Shown here: positions 53,438 to 62,881 of the stretch, piece by piece
Layout: each line of letters begins with the position of its first letter
Position numbering within the stretch: the stretch's first letter is position 1
Sequence record: NC_031126.1
DNA: 64,000 nt
Reading direction: 5' to 3' (one strand)
Made by a program: the position numbers and the translations under genes
The notes under the pieces: generated by a model
Told to the model about the DNA's origin: nothing
Databases searched by the model: none
What the model saw: the letters and a program-made list of their open reading frames with translations, nothing else

Positions 53438-54251
53438 ATGCCGTAAGGCGTTATTAATCCTGTCACCACGTTTGAAAATCGCTGTGGGTAAGAAACTGTA
53501 TACGGTTAATGGCCCGTGGGCTGCTAATCAATTCCAGTTGTACACTACGACCAGCATGAGCAACGCCATGCAGGGTATGCACAAAGTGAAGCCACGTCGT
53601 ATGACGCAGCAGTTAGGGATGGTGGCTCGTAAGCTCGGCACCACTTACAAACGTCACATGGAGAAGGTATTCGCACCTAAGCTTACTTTGAACATGATTA
53701 ATGAAATGGACTTTACTCGTGCTAAGCCGACCGAACCCGGTGGGTCATTTCCACTAAACCGATTTGGTTGGGCTAATGCAGGCGCAATGAATTCCGATGC
53801 ATATCTGGATATCATGAAGATTTGTGGTACGCACGTTACCACTCGCCCTGAGTTCAACTACCATGACCATATTCCGAACAAAGACCAGAAGCATTACTTC
53901 GCGACACCGGTAGCCAAGTCAGGCCATAGTGTTTTGACGTCTGAATGCCGTACGGAGCTTTCCCGCCAGAAAGAAAGCCCGTGTGCCAGTAAAGCGATGA
54001 TGACTATCCCAGAAGCAAAAGAAGGAACGTTGCTTGACCCGGAACTGGAAATAAAAGGTGTTCATCTGAAACAGTCTCGACTGACTACTGACCAAATCAC
54101 TACGCTGATCGGCGGGTTTGGTGAACAAGAAGATAAAGACCTCCTGGCGCGCTTGAGTGCACCAGGCGCAGTAATCACACCAGAAGACGATGCTAAGTTG
54201 CAGAAGGTTGCAAAACAGTGCCTCTTCCGTGAAATCGAGCACATGGGCTAA
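53421..54251 (+). CDS. hypothetical protein (MLKPRK N-terminus)
   Basis: Start re-assigned to ATG 53421 after aaaggag. Confidence 0.75.
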   Translation: MLKPRKCRKALLILSPRLKIAVGKKLYTVNGPWAANQFQLYTTTSMSNAMQGMHKVKPRRMTQQLGMVARKLGTTYKRHMEKVFAPKLTLNMINEMDFTRAKPTEPGGSFPLNRFGWANAGAMNSDAYLDIMKICGTHVTTRPEFNYHDHIPNKDQKHYFATPVAKSGHSVLTSECRTELSRQKESPCASKAMMTIPEAKEGTLLDPELEIKGVHLKQSRLTTDQITTLIGGFGEQEDKDLLARLSAPGAVITPEDDAKLQKVAKQCLFREIEHMG

Positions 54252-54258
54252 GTAGCGG

Positions 54259-54296
54259 TACCCACTCCTTCGGGAGTGGGTATTCTTCTTTTTTTG
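54259..54296 (+). terminator. intrinsic terminator (UUCG loop)
   Basis: tacccactcc-ttcg-ggagtgggta followed by T tract. Confidence 0.85.
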
Positions 54297-54305
54297 TCCA
54301 GATTC

Positions 54306-54362
54306 GATTAAAAAAGATTTCAGATATATATTACCTAGGTGAGATTAGAGTATTAATCTTTT
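54306..54362 (+). repeat. 57-nt repeat copy 2 containing early promoter
   Basis: 56/57 nt identical to 3457-3513. Confidence 0.85.
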
Positions 54363-54402
54363 CTCCTAACCTTATTTTAATTGACTATCAAGGAATACTA
54401 TC

Positions 54403-54825
54403 ATGGCTACTATCACTCTGAACGATTCAATCCGCGCTGCCGCTAAAGCTAACCCAGCATCACTGATGATGATTGTTGGACTGTATACTTCCACCGGCAA
54501 GGTCAACAATATCGACCGTTGCATGATTGAACGCGAATCTGAAAACTTCATGCGTAAAGCGCAGGAAGACGTTACCTTCGAACGTAAAGACTTTGACACC
54601 GACGAAGCTTACACCGACCAGGTTAACCACCACATCATCATGAAAGCCCTGGCTACCGAACTGAACGAACGATTCCGTAGCAGCACCATCCCAGGCATGA
54701 TTAAAGAAATGTACGGCCGTATCAAAGGTAACGTGGAAACTCGTGAAGCGTGGAATGGGCTGACCGAGTCTACCCGCGCCCTGGAAGATGCATTCATCAA
54801 TAAAGCACTCGCTGAGCTTTACTAA
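54403..54825 (+). CDS. hypothetical early protein
   Basis: 140 aa; gactatcaaggaatactatcATG leader identical to that at 4337-4359. Confidence 0.8.
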   Translation: MATITLNDSIRAAAKANPASLMMIVGLYTSTGKVNNIDRCMIERESENFMRKAQEDVTFERKDFDTDEAYTDQVNHHIIMKALATELNERFRSSTIPGMIKEMYGRIKGNVETREAWNGLTESTRALEDAFINKALAELY

Positions 54826-54834
54826 TCGCAATAC

Positions 54835-54858
54835 CTCCCTACCCACATGGGTAGGGAG
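54835..54858 (+). other. intergenic hairpin without U tract
   Basis: ctccctaccc-acat-gggtagggag, perfect 10-bp stem. Confidence 0.6.
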
Positions 54859-54892
54859 TCAACTCTAATAAACTTAAATTAAGGAATTCACC

Positions 54893-55120
54893 ATGCGCAA
54901 CTTATTCACTAAAACTAACGCAGTACCAGTGGCTCCAGCAACTAAAACTGTAGCTAAGAAAAACGAAGACATGCTCGACATCCTGCTGAAGCTCTCTCAC
55001 ACTGAGCGTGAAGCAGTCATGAAAACCATCAAAGAAGGTAACAAGATGGTTGATGAGCTTGAGGTAATCTATGGAAAAAAGGACAAACCAAAAAGTAGTG
55101 GGCTGGTCTGGGTCTGCTAA
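54893..55120 (+). CDS. small early protein
   Basis: 75 aa; taagga RBS. Confidence 0.7.
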   Translation: MRNLFTKTNAVPVAPATKTVAKKNEDMLDILLKLSHTEREAVMKTIKEGNKMVDELEVIYGKKDKPKSSGLVWVC

Positions 55121-55154
55121 GGACGTGGTTATCTGTAGGTATAACTTACGATGT

Positions 55155-55197
55155 TAGCGTACAGGAAATCCTGTACGCTACGTCTTTCTTTTTTTTG
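55155..55197 (+). terminator. intrinsic terminator
   Basis: tagcgtacagg-aaat-cctgtacgcta, 11-bp stem followed by T tracts. Confidence 0.8.
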
Positions 55198-55238
55198 TCT
55201 TCTTCTTTTTTTGTCTATTTGACTTGAGCTATAGCTGA

Positions 55239-55259
55239 ACGTGGTCAACCTTTAATATG
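55239..55259 (+). promoter_or_regulatory. putative late promoter ACGT-N13-TATG
   Basis: Motif upstream of the tail-fibre paralog array. Confidence 0.5.
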
Positions 55260-55325
55260 CTGGCAGGGGGTTATCGCTACCAAAGTAGCGTTGGCCTTAG
55301 GAAACCTAATAACCGAGTTAACGCG

Positions 55326-56120
55326 ATGTCTTTTCAATCTAAACAGAATCTGCTAAAACTCATCAACAAAGAAAATGCCATCACTCCGGTGTTGACGTTT
55401 GACGATGTTGATATCTCTCTGCCGGAGGTGGTTTCAGTCGACGGTCGTGATTCAAAGGTAACACTTACCTCGAAAATCAAGGGCGACGAAGGATCGCAAA
55501 TTGACGTGACATACCACCGTCGCGATTTGCCTGACTATGTCAAAGACGATCTGTCGTTTGATGCAATCGGTGTGGTTTCTACCCACGATTATATTCCCGC
55601 GCTCAACGATCGTTTCAATCTGAACCTGCTTCCGGAAGACCTGGAAGACGCCCCGGTCTCGGGTGATTCGCATACGGTTGTCGCCGTACCGACTTCACAC
55701 GAATGGCGCGGGAACGTCACATTACAAATCATACAAGCGGTGCCATTAGCGTCTATCGTCCCGTTGACCGAATTAGATGGTCTGAAGTATCCCGACCACC
55801 AAATTACAGCCGTTGGTCAAGCATCCACGTACTCGTACGATTTGGATGCTACCAAACTGGCAAGTTGGATTCCTCAACTCCGTGCTGGTACTGCTGACAT
55901 GACAGCCTTTGCGAAGGACTTGTCTACCGTAGTACCAGAGTTGTGGGTCAATAAACTCGATGTAGCACCGTACAACTTACAGCAGGCGTCCTTTGCGTTC
56001 TACGGTTCACCGTCGACCATCCCAGGGACTAATCCTGAATTCGCCAATGTGCTCGGTTTAAACCTGAGTGTATTGTGTAGTAACTTCCAGGGTACCTTGC
56101 TGCTCCACTTTAACAACTAG
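55326..56120 (+). CDS. tail/baseplate fibre paralog 1 (phiKZ gp131-135-like family)
   Basis: Start ATG 55326; K..LL..IN..N module, LDGL.YP, GQASTYSY, C-terminal CSNFQG.LLLHFN. Confidence 0.7.
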   Translation: MSFQSKQNLLKLINKENAITPVLTFDDVDISLPEVVSVDGRDSKVTLTSKIKGDEGSQIDVTYHRRDLPDYVKDDLSFDAIGVVSTHDYIPALNDRFNLNLLPEDLEDAPVSGDSHTVVAVPTSHEWRGNVTLQIIQAVPLASIVPLTELDGLKYPDHQITAVGQASTYSYDLDATKLASWIPQLRAGTADMTAFAKDLSTVVPELWVNKLDVAPYNLQQASFAFYGSPSTIPGTNPEFANVLGLNLSVLCSNFQGTLLLHFNN

Positions 56121-56129
56121 GAGGGCTGA

Positions 56130-56972
56130 GTGTCTATCTACAATAAACCCTCACGCGAAATGTTGTTGGATGCCATTAACAAGCAGAATAACTTGTTGGC
56201 GAATCCATTAACGTGGAACCAAATCGCCTCAGGTTATCCTGAGACGGTATCGACTCCTGGTGCTGACCGTAATACCCGCGTATTGTTGTACGGGCTGAAC
56301 GGGATGGGTTACAAAGGCAACGTAAACATCGAATACGACCGTATTCTGATGCCTGTGTTGTTCCGTAACGTCATCCCGGTGGTTATCACCAACCCGGTGA
56401 ATAAGCTCTCTGAGCTGCTACCGTTTCTCAACAAGAAGTACGGCCTCTCGCTGATTGCTGAAGACGTTGAAGATTTCTCCGTTGCATCGATGGGGGAAAG
56501 TTGGATTGCGGACGTAGTTATTAAGCCGGGTTGTCTGGCTTGGCAGGGCACCTTTAAGTTACGCTACGCGAAGTTCTTCCCGAACCTAGCTGACGTAGTA
56601 ACTGATGTTGACTTGTCTGCGATTATCCCGCCGTTCACAATGGGGGCTAAACCGCAAGCTGAGTACGTCACCTACGGCTACGACTGGACGGAGATGAAAA
56701 AGCAGTTCACCGAGGACTGGTTGTTTGGACGTTCCATCACCGCCGCCGATGTCGAACTCCTTAACGGTGTCGTGCCGTTGAAGTTTGTCTACGCTACCGG
56801 TGACGTAGCGCAACCGGGACAGATTGCTTTGCAAGGGGCGCGTTTCCAAGGTGTCGCATCGGTTACCCCAGGTGACCAGTACGACCCGCTGTATTCGCGT
56901 GTGGCGGCCATCCGATTAGCGGCGAACAGCAACTATACCGGCGACCTCATCCTTCACTATCAGCCGATATAG
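56130..56972 (+). CDS. tail/baseplate fibre paralog 2
   Basis: Same N-module (YNK.SREMLLDAIN, NTRV, GYKG...YDR); YG.DWT; C-terminal G.L.LHY. Confidence 0.7.
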   Translation: MSIYNKPSREMLLDAINKQNNLLANPLTWNQIASGYPETVSTPGADRNTRVLLYGLNGMGYKGNVNIEYDRILMPVLFRNVIPVVITNPVNKLSELLPFLNKKYGLSLIAEDVEDFSVASMGESWIADVVIKPGCLAWQGTFKLRYAKFFPNLADVVTDVDLSAIIPPFTMGAKPQAEYVTYGYDWTEMKKQFTEDWLFGRSITAADVELLNGVVPLKFVYATGDVAQPGQIALQGARFQGVASVTPGDQYDPLYSRVAAIRLAANSNYTGDLILHYQPI

Positions 56973-56980
56973 GGATTACC

Positions 56981-57826
56981 ATGCCACTCTTAGCCACAGC
57001 AGAACAAATCATCCTAAAAGAAGTCAACACGGAAAACCACCTCGACTTAAAAGTCACTGACGTGGTCTTCGGGGAGCCTGCGATTCCAACCGAACCAGAG
57101 GACGTTACTAAGGCTAACGGCCATAACTCCATGGTACGAATCCAGGCATTGGCTACCGCAAATGCGATCGGGGCAACCAAGGTCTATTACGACCGTGTCG
57201 ATTTTGCAGAAATGTTCACAGATATCGACGGCATTCAGCCGCTGCGCATCCCTGCCCGTTTAGATACGGTGTACCATGCTCACGATATCGTGAATCTAAT
57301 TAACCAGTATTACGGACTGAGTCTACGGGTCTCGGATGTGGAAAACACCGAGATTGACCGCAAGACCTGGGTTGTTGATCTTGTTGCAACACCAACCTCT
57401 CTCGGGTGGATTGGCCAACAACAAGTACAGCTCCTGCCGGGTGACGCCCTACTGCCGAATAACTTCGACCCAGTAGAAGTCACACCGTATGCGTATCCGT
57501 ACTTCAACACGAAAGTCGGTCAGGGTGCGGTATATTCGTATCCATGGCGTTTTGACAATTATGCGGCGGAGTTTAAGTCAGCGGGCCTCGGTCTTACGAC
57601 TGACCGCTTGGCAGCCATCTTGAAAACGGTTACAGGCGACGGTTGGTCAGTGTACCGAAACCCGATTAACTATAACGTCAAAGAGGCGATTGTGGTTTAT
57701 AACGGGGTGAACAAAGCTGAGTTCCCAACCAACCCATCCGTGGACAATGTCGTGATTGTTGAACTGTCGCTCTATTGTCTCAACCTTGGTGGTCGTTTGT
57801 ACCTGCATTACAACGACCCTGATTAA
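56981..57826 (+). CDS. tail/baseplate fibre paralog 3
   Basis: N-module, GQGAVYSYP, C-terminal CLNLGGRLYLHYN. Confidence 0.7.
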   Translation: MPLLATAEQIILKEVNTENHLDLKVTDVVFGEPAIPTEPEDVTKANGHNSMVRIQALATANAIGATKVYYDRVDFAEMFTDIDGIQPLRIPARLDTVYHAHDIVNLINQYYGLSLRVSDVENTEIDRKTWVVDLVATPTSLGWIGQQQVQLLPGDALLPNNFDPVEVTPYAYPYFNTKVGQGAVYSYPWRFDNYAAEFKSAGLGLTTDRLAAILKTVTGDGWSVYRNPINYNVKEAIVVYNGVNKAEFPTNPSVDNVVIVELSLYCLNLGGRLYLHYNDPD

Positions 57827-57847
57827 TCCTGAGTAAAGGAAGTTAGA

Positions 57848-58759
57848 ATGAAACCTTTAAACAAAACGTCCGATCTGCTGGTTCTTGACCTCATCAATGA
57901 AAAGAACCCAGGTGCTGACCTCGAGCTGGGTAAAGTTAAACTGGGTGACCCAACGCCAGTAGCTGGCGATGACCCTGAACGCAACACTTCTATGGTGCTG
58001 ACAGCGCGTAAGAACTCCGGTTACATTGGTGACCAGACTGTAACTTACGATCGCCTAGACGGCGTAGCGCTGTTCCGTAACGTGACTGCGTATCTGGACG
58101 TTAAGTCTCCGAAGAAAACCGAAGACTTGTTGGCGACGCTGAACACTCAGTATGGTCTGAAACTGACAGAAGAAGATATTGTCTCTGCCGCCATCCCGGA
58201 CGGTACTAACCCACCGTTGTCTGACCCAGATGCTCCAGACCCGGTTCCTGTTGACCACACCATCACCTTCGATGCGGGCTGCTACGCTTACCTGGGTACT
58301 ATCCCAGTTAAAATCGGGCCTAAACCACAAGTCGGTGAGCGCCTGAGCCTGGTGGTTACTGAAACCAAACTGGACGGCCTGGTGTATCCAGACGGCCCAA
58401 GCGATACCAAAGGTCAGGGTTACATCTACTCCTACGGCGTAGACTGCACCGCAATTGCCGACTTCCTGAAAGTTCAGGCTGACGGTATCATTGCAGAAGA
58501 CTCTGCATTCCCGGTTGAACTGAACAAAGTGGTTCCGGAACTGTGGGTTGACAGCGAAACCGCTGCCGACTACAACCTGCACGGTGCAAACGTCCTGTAC
58601 GTTGGCCTGACCGCAGATGACGGTACTGCAACTGGCGATGAGCCAAAGAAACCAGTGGAAGGCGCTAACACCGCGTACAACCAGGTTCTGAAACTGCAAC
58701 TGTCTGATACCCTGTGCACCAACTTCCAGGGCGTCATGTTCCTGCACTTCAATGCCTAA
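57848..58759 (+). CDS. tail/baseplate fibre paralog 4
   Basis: N-module, LDGLVYPD, GQGYIYSY, ELWV, C-terminal CTNFQGVMFLHFN. Confidence 0.7.
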   Translation: MKPLNKTSDLLVLDLINEKNPGADLELGKVKLGDPTPVAGDDPERNTSMVLTARKNSGYIGDQTVTYDRLDGVALFRNVTAYLDVKSPKKTEDLLATLNTQYGLKLTEEDIVSAAIPDGTNPPLSDPDAPDPVPVDHTITFDAGCYAYLGTIPVKIGPKPQVGERLSLVVTETKLDGLVYPDGPSDTKGQGYIYSYGVDCTAIADFLKVQADGIIAEDSAFPVELNKVVPELWVDSETAADYNLHGANVLYVGLTADDGTATGDEPKKPVEGANTAYNQVLKLQLSDTLCTNFQGVMFLHFNA

Positions 58760-58773
58760 TTAAGGCCGCGCTG

Positions 58774-58816
58774 GGAGGAGGGATTCCTCCTCCTGGCACA
58801 CTCCTTTCTTTTTTTA
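58774..58816 (+). terminator. hairpin within fibre array
   Basis: ggaggagg-gatt-cctcctcc with T run about 12 nt downstream. Confidence 0.5.
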
Positions 58817-58832
58817 GGCCGAGGAGGCTATT

Positions 58833-59672
58833 ATGGCTTTATATAGTCTGTCTCAGCGACAATTCCTGTACGATGCGATTAACGCCGAAAACCCTGGGGC
58901 GATTATGCCCATGGAGTTGGAGAATGCCAACATTGGTATTCCCCGTGCGATTGCTGTTACAGCGAGCGGTGCCAATACGGAGATTACCATTCGTGGTCGT
59001 CAAGGTCGCGGCTATGTGGGCGCACAGACGTTCCGCTATAAACGCTTGTCGCTGAACGACTTGTTTAAGAACATGACACCACAGGTAACGGCACCGAATG
59101 CGTATGGATGGCTGAACGTTGTCTCTAAGCGTACCGCGTTTGCCCAGAACCTGAATGGCCGTTATGGTCTAAACCTGGTCGCGGACGATATCCCGGAAAA
59201 CTACATTTACTTAAACGTGCTCAACACGTTGCGTGTGAATGCTTCCTGTATTCAGTACACCGGGACCATCACCTTTATGTCTATCCGGGGCAAGAACAGC
59301 CTGGAAGAGTTGGTGTTAAACGACATCCTACCGGAATTGAAACATCCAATTGAGCCATCGAAAGGTAAGCGTTCATTGGGGATGTTGCTGTACGGGGAAG
59401 ACTTCACGGACGAAGTGCAAGTCATGGCTGCATTTAAGAACGGGCGTCTGGACGTCGGGAGTAACTTCGACAACGGCTACACCGATAACTTAATGGCAAC
59501 GTTAATCGCGCGTGGGCTGCCTGCATTTGATCCGACTAGCGCAACGATTACTCGCATGAAAGCGAGCGATTACCAGTTTGCGAATAAGATGTTCGATAAC
59601 GTGTTGGTCATCACCAATGTGATTAACGACCCGGACGTCAGCGGCGACTGCATGTTGCACTACAACAATTAG
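58833..59672 (+). CDS. tail/baseplate fibre paralog 5
   Basis: N-module, LPEL.HP, YGEDFT, C-terminal G..MLHYN. Confidence 0.7.
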   Translation: MALYSLSQRQFLYDAINAENPGAIMPMELENANIGIPRAIAVTASGANTEITIRGRQGRGYVGAQTFRYKRLSLNDLFKNMTPQVTAPNAYGWLNVVSKRTAFAQNLNGRYGLNLVADDIPENYIYLNVLNTLRVNASCIQYTGTITFMSIRGKNSLEELVLNDILPELKHPIEPSKGKRSLGMLLYGEDFTDEVQVMAAFKNGRLDVGSNFDNGYTDNLMATLIARGLPAFDPTSATITRMKASDYQFANKMFDNVLVITNVINDPDVSGDCMLHYNN

Positions 59673-59684
59673 GAATAAGAGCGA

Positions 59685-60572
59685 ATGGCTATCTATCTAG
59701 CTTCTAAAGACGTCCTTCTGTCGGCGGTGAACCAGGCGAACTCATTAGCTATTAAGGCAACTGATATCGTTTGGTCTACGCCAAAGGACATTCGTGGTAC
59801 TGATAAAGGTACAACGACTGGGAAGAACACCCAGATTAAAATCACGGCAGACGGGGTGGTCGGTTCTACCTGGTCTAGTAAAAAGAATCTGTACTACGAC
59901 CGACTGAAAGTGGAAGACCTAGTTATCCTGCTGGGCGATACGCTGGCTATCGGTCCGTCTAACGATACTCTGTACGAAGCGATTCCGGGTTTGAACCAAC
60001 GCTACGGTTTTGTGTTTGAAGAAGCTGACCTGGTCGATGCAGAAATCGTCTGGGACACCGATCGTCTAACGGGTACTGTCAAGGTAGCCGCTAACACTAA
60101 CTGCGTGGGTTGGATTGGTCAACAGGTATTCAAAGTTGTACGTGGTGACGAATCTCTGGTATCGGTTGTAACCACCAACATTCTGACTGGTCTAAAATAC
60201 CCGAACGGGCAGATGGGCTCCGAAGCCGTCAATGGTATCATTGCGCAGGTGTACTCGTATCCGTTCAACTTCACCAAGTACCGTGACCAGATGCTGGCCT
60301 ATACGCCAGGCATTCTGTCCGGCCAATCGTTGACCGATATGACCAACCAGCTGAAAGATATCACGGGTAATGCGTGGGTATCTACCACCGCAGCAGCGTG
60401 GGGTCTGGCGGGAGCAGAAGTTATCAGTGTAGGGCCTAACGACCCAGTGGCGTTGCCGACCTCTGCGAAGTACAAGTACGTGCTGGTACTCAAACTGCCT
60501 GCAACTACAACCAACATTGTAGGTACCATGTACCTCCAGTTCAACGACCCGGAAGATCCGGACGAGGTGTAA
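59685..60572 (+). CDS. tail/baseplate fibre paralog 6
   Basis: N-module, LTGLKYP, AQVYSYP, C-terminal G.MYLQFN. Confidence 0.7.
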   Translation: MAIYLASKDVLLSAVNQANSLAIKATDIVWSTPKDIRGTDKGTTTGKNTQIKITADGVVGSTWSSKKNLYYDRLKVEDLVILLGDTLAIGPSNDTLYEAIPGLNQRYGFVFEEADLVDAEIVWDTDRLTGTVKVAANTNCVGWIGQQVFKVVRGDESLVSVVTTNILTGLKYPNGQMGSEAVNGIIAQVYSYPFNFTKYRDQMLAYTPGILSGQSLTDMTNQLKDITGNAWVSTTAAAWGLAGAEVISVGPNDPVALPTSAKYKYVLVLKLPATTTNIVGTMYLQFNDPEDPDEV

Positions 60573-60575
60573 TCG

Positions 60576-61403
60576 ATGCTCAATTATGCTAAGCCGTCGA
60601 GCGAGCTGGTCTTTGACCTCATTAACCGAGATAACCCAACGTTACCGGTTAAGTTGACGCCGTCTAACTGCTTCATCGAGAAGATTACAAATGTCCCGGT
60701 GAATGCTGCGTCTAATCAACGCAATACGCAGGCTCGTCTGCGCGGGGTGCAAGGTTCCGGTGTTCGCGATTCAATTACGGTGTACTACGACCGTGTAAGC
60801 CTGGCGCGTTTGCTGCCGTGGGGTACAGGTGTACCTTCCCAGTTCGTGACTTATGATGCAGCTAACACCCATGCGGCGTTAGCGGTGTTGTTGGAAACCT
60901 ACGGTGTCAACTTCTCACAGATTGATATCGTCAACGCGAACATGCCTGGTGCCAACAGCCCTAACTACACCAACACAGTTGGTATCACTGCGTTGGGTAC
61001 ATCCCCAGCGTACGTGAGTGCCGCAACGTTGCGTTACAGTCGTGGACTGCCGGTACTGGATACCTCGATTAAGCAAGACACACTTCCCGAACTTCAGCAT
61101 CCGGTTGATCCGACTCTGAATAAGAAATGTGTGGATTTGCTGACGTACGGTATCGACTTTACTGCGTACAAAAACCTGTTAGTGGTAGATGCTTCTGGCC
61201 TACCGCAATGGGCGGGGTTACGCAAAGTGCTGGATGACCTGGGTGTGCCTGCCTATTCGGGCCCGCTGAACAGTAACACCGTGCAAGATGTCCCAACCGC
61301 TACCGCTGGAATGGCTAACAAAGCATACGACCGCGTAGTTATTCAAACGGGTATTGACGAAACCGGTGCGAAGGGTCGTGCTTATTACCACTACAACAGT
61401 TAA
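60576..61403 (+). CDS. tail/baseplate fibre paralog 7
   Basis: N-module, LPELQHP, YGIDFT, C-terminal G.AYYHYN. Confidence 0.7.
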   Translation: MLNYAKPSSELVFDLINRDNPTLPVKLTPSNCFIEKITNVPVNAASNQRNTQARLRGVQGSGVRDSITVYYDRVSLARLLPWGTGVPSQFVTYDAANTHAALAVLLETYGVNFSQIDIVNANMPGANSPNYTNTVGITALGTSPAYVSAATLRYSRGLPVLDTSIKQDTLPELQHPVDPTLNKKCVDLLTYGIDFTAYKNLLVVDASGLPQWAGLRKVLDDLGVPAYSGPLNSNTVQDVPTATAGMANKAYDRVVIQTGIDETGAKGRAYYHYNS

Positions 61404-61406
61404 CGT

Positions 61407-61433
61407 AAGGCCCTCCGGGGCCTTTTTCTTTTT
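61407..61433 (+). terminator. intrinsic terminator
   Basis: aaggccc-tccg-gggcctt followed by T tract. Confidence 0.7.
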
Positions 61434-61451
61434 GTAGTGTCGGGAGCCAAT

Positions 61452-62870
61452 ATGCAATTCTATTCCAAAGCGGCGCTGGAATTGGTCTACGACCAGGTGA
61501 ATCGAGATAACCCTCATTTGCCGGTAACGTTGACACCGGCAAACGCAGCCCTCACCAGTGGGCCTTCTGCTGTTTCTTCAAACGGCCGAAATACCAGAGC
61601 AGTCTTTACCGGGTATCCTGGGAGCGGAGTACAAGGGAATGTGACCCTGTACTACGATCGCGTGAACCTGGACGCCTTATTTAATTTTGTCCCGGCTGTT
61701 TTCCTGCCCGATGATGTCTTGACCTATCGTGCTGCGCTGCCGTTTATAAACGAAGCCTTGGGGTTATCTTTACTGCCCGCTGACATTACCACGCCGGATG
61801 CAGCATTGAAAAAATCCAGTGGCGTGGCGCAGAGCGGTAAGCTGACCATCGTGTCGGGATGTCCAGCCTTTACTGGCAATCTGAATTTTACCTACATGCT
61901 TGAGGGCGCGGGGTACTATCCAGATTCAGGACCTGGCCCTAAGCAGTTGCTACAAGGCGATACGATCATGGGTTACTTTGGTCGCGTCGCTTCCTCGGAT
62001 TTGTTTACGCATGCCGAACTTGTCACGATGCTGTTAACCGGCACCGGGGCGAAGTTAGTCAGTGGAACCGAGGGCTGGTATAAGTTCTTTTATCAGGGCA
62101 CTATCATTTATCTACCGGTCACGCCGGTGGCAAACACCATCAGTTGGAGTCTGCTTTACGGGGCAGGTATCGTTTATGGTGTTGATGGGGTCGGGACCTA
62201 TCCGATGTCGCCTGCGGTTAATCAAGGCAAAATCTTAACAAAAGATACAGCCAGTGACGGGCGTATTTATCTTCGACCAAAACTACCCACCGCCAGCAAG
62301 AATGACCCTATGACAACAGCCACTGGGACACTTCCAATAGCGGACACTGCTGGTAGCGTTCTTGATTTGATGTTGAAGGTTCGTGATGGTACCTGGGAAA
62401 GCAACTCGTACAGCGATTGGTCGCAATGGGTGCAGATGCGCAATAGCGTGCAGGGGCAGACGCAGAACAACAAACTGATTACGATGTTGGGGCAAAGCGC
62501 TACTAACGTCAACAAAACTACAGCGGGCGCGGGGTATTACTGGTGGCCTGTCTTAGAGTTAGTTGACAAAAATGGCACCACTTTAGGATTGGAAGAGCTT
62601 CGGGGTAACGTTGATCGTACTCTGACACCTATCACCTTTACGCCACAACTGACGCTACAAATTGCGCCGATTGCGATGACTAACGCAAAGACCGTTGAGT
62701 ATTCACCGATACTCTTTGGTACCGAAAACAGTCTAGCGATATCACCGACTGCGTTTGCGTTACCGAAAACGGTTGACTTCACGCCAATCACCTTCTCCGC
62801 AGAAATCTATACCCCACCTGCTAAACCATCGTTATCGACAATGAATGGTGAATTAGACGGGTTCAAATAG
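61452..62870 (+). CDS. fibre paralog 8: N-module fused to a second virion domain family
   Basis: Start ATG 61452; N-terminus like 60576; central YFGRV...WYKF...SWSLLYGAGIVYG shared with 62882. Confidence 0.7.
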   Translation: MQFYSKAALELVYDQVNRDNPHLPVTLTPANAALTSGPSAVSSNGRNTRAVFTGYPGSGVQGNVTLYYDRVNLDALFNFVPAVFLPDDVLTYRAALPFINEALGLSLLPADITTPDAALKKSSGVAQSGKLTIVSGCPAFTGNLNFTYMLEGAGYYPDSGPGPKQLLQGDTIMGYFGRVASSDLFTHAELVTMLLTGTGAKLVSGTEGWYKFFYQGTIIYLPVTPVANTISWSLLYGAGIVYGVDGVGTYPMSPAVNQGKILTKDTASDGRIYLRPKLPTASKNDPMTTATGTLPIADTAGSVLDLMLKVRDGTWESNSYSDWSQWVQMRNSVQGQTQNNKLITMLGQSATNVNKTTAGAGYYWWPVLELVDKNGTTLGLEELRGNVDRTLTPITFTPQLTLQIAPIAMTNAKTVEYSPILFGTENSLAISPTAFALPKTVDFTPITFSAEIYTPPAKPSLSTMNGELDGFK

Positions 62871-62881
62871 AGGTATTCATC

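Noticed and set aside
55120-55200. Possible tRNA or structured ncRNA upstream of the fibre array
   Set aside because: Only one stem-loop plus T tracts; no cloverleaf, T-loop or CCA
58055-58747. 230-aa antisense ORF opposite fibre paralog 4, and similar antisense ORFs throughout
   Set aside because: Same codon-bias shadow effect; fully overlaps a well-supported plus-strand gene
3313-61433. Recurrent CTTCGG hairpins as CRISPR or REP repeats
   Set aside because: Stems differ in sequence, are dispersed, follow stop codons and carry U tracts; they are intrinsic terminators with no spacer array
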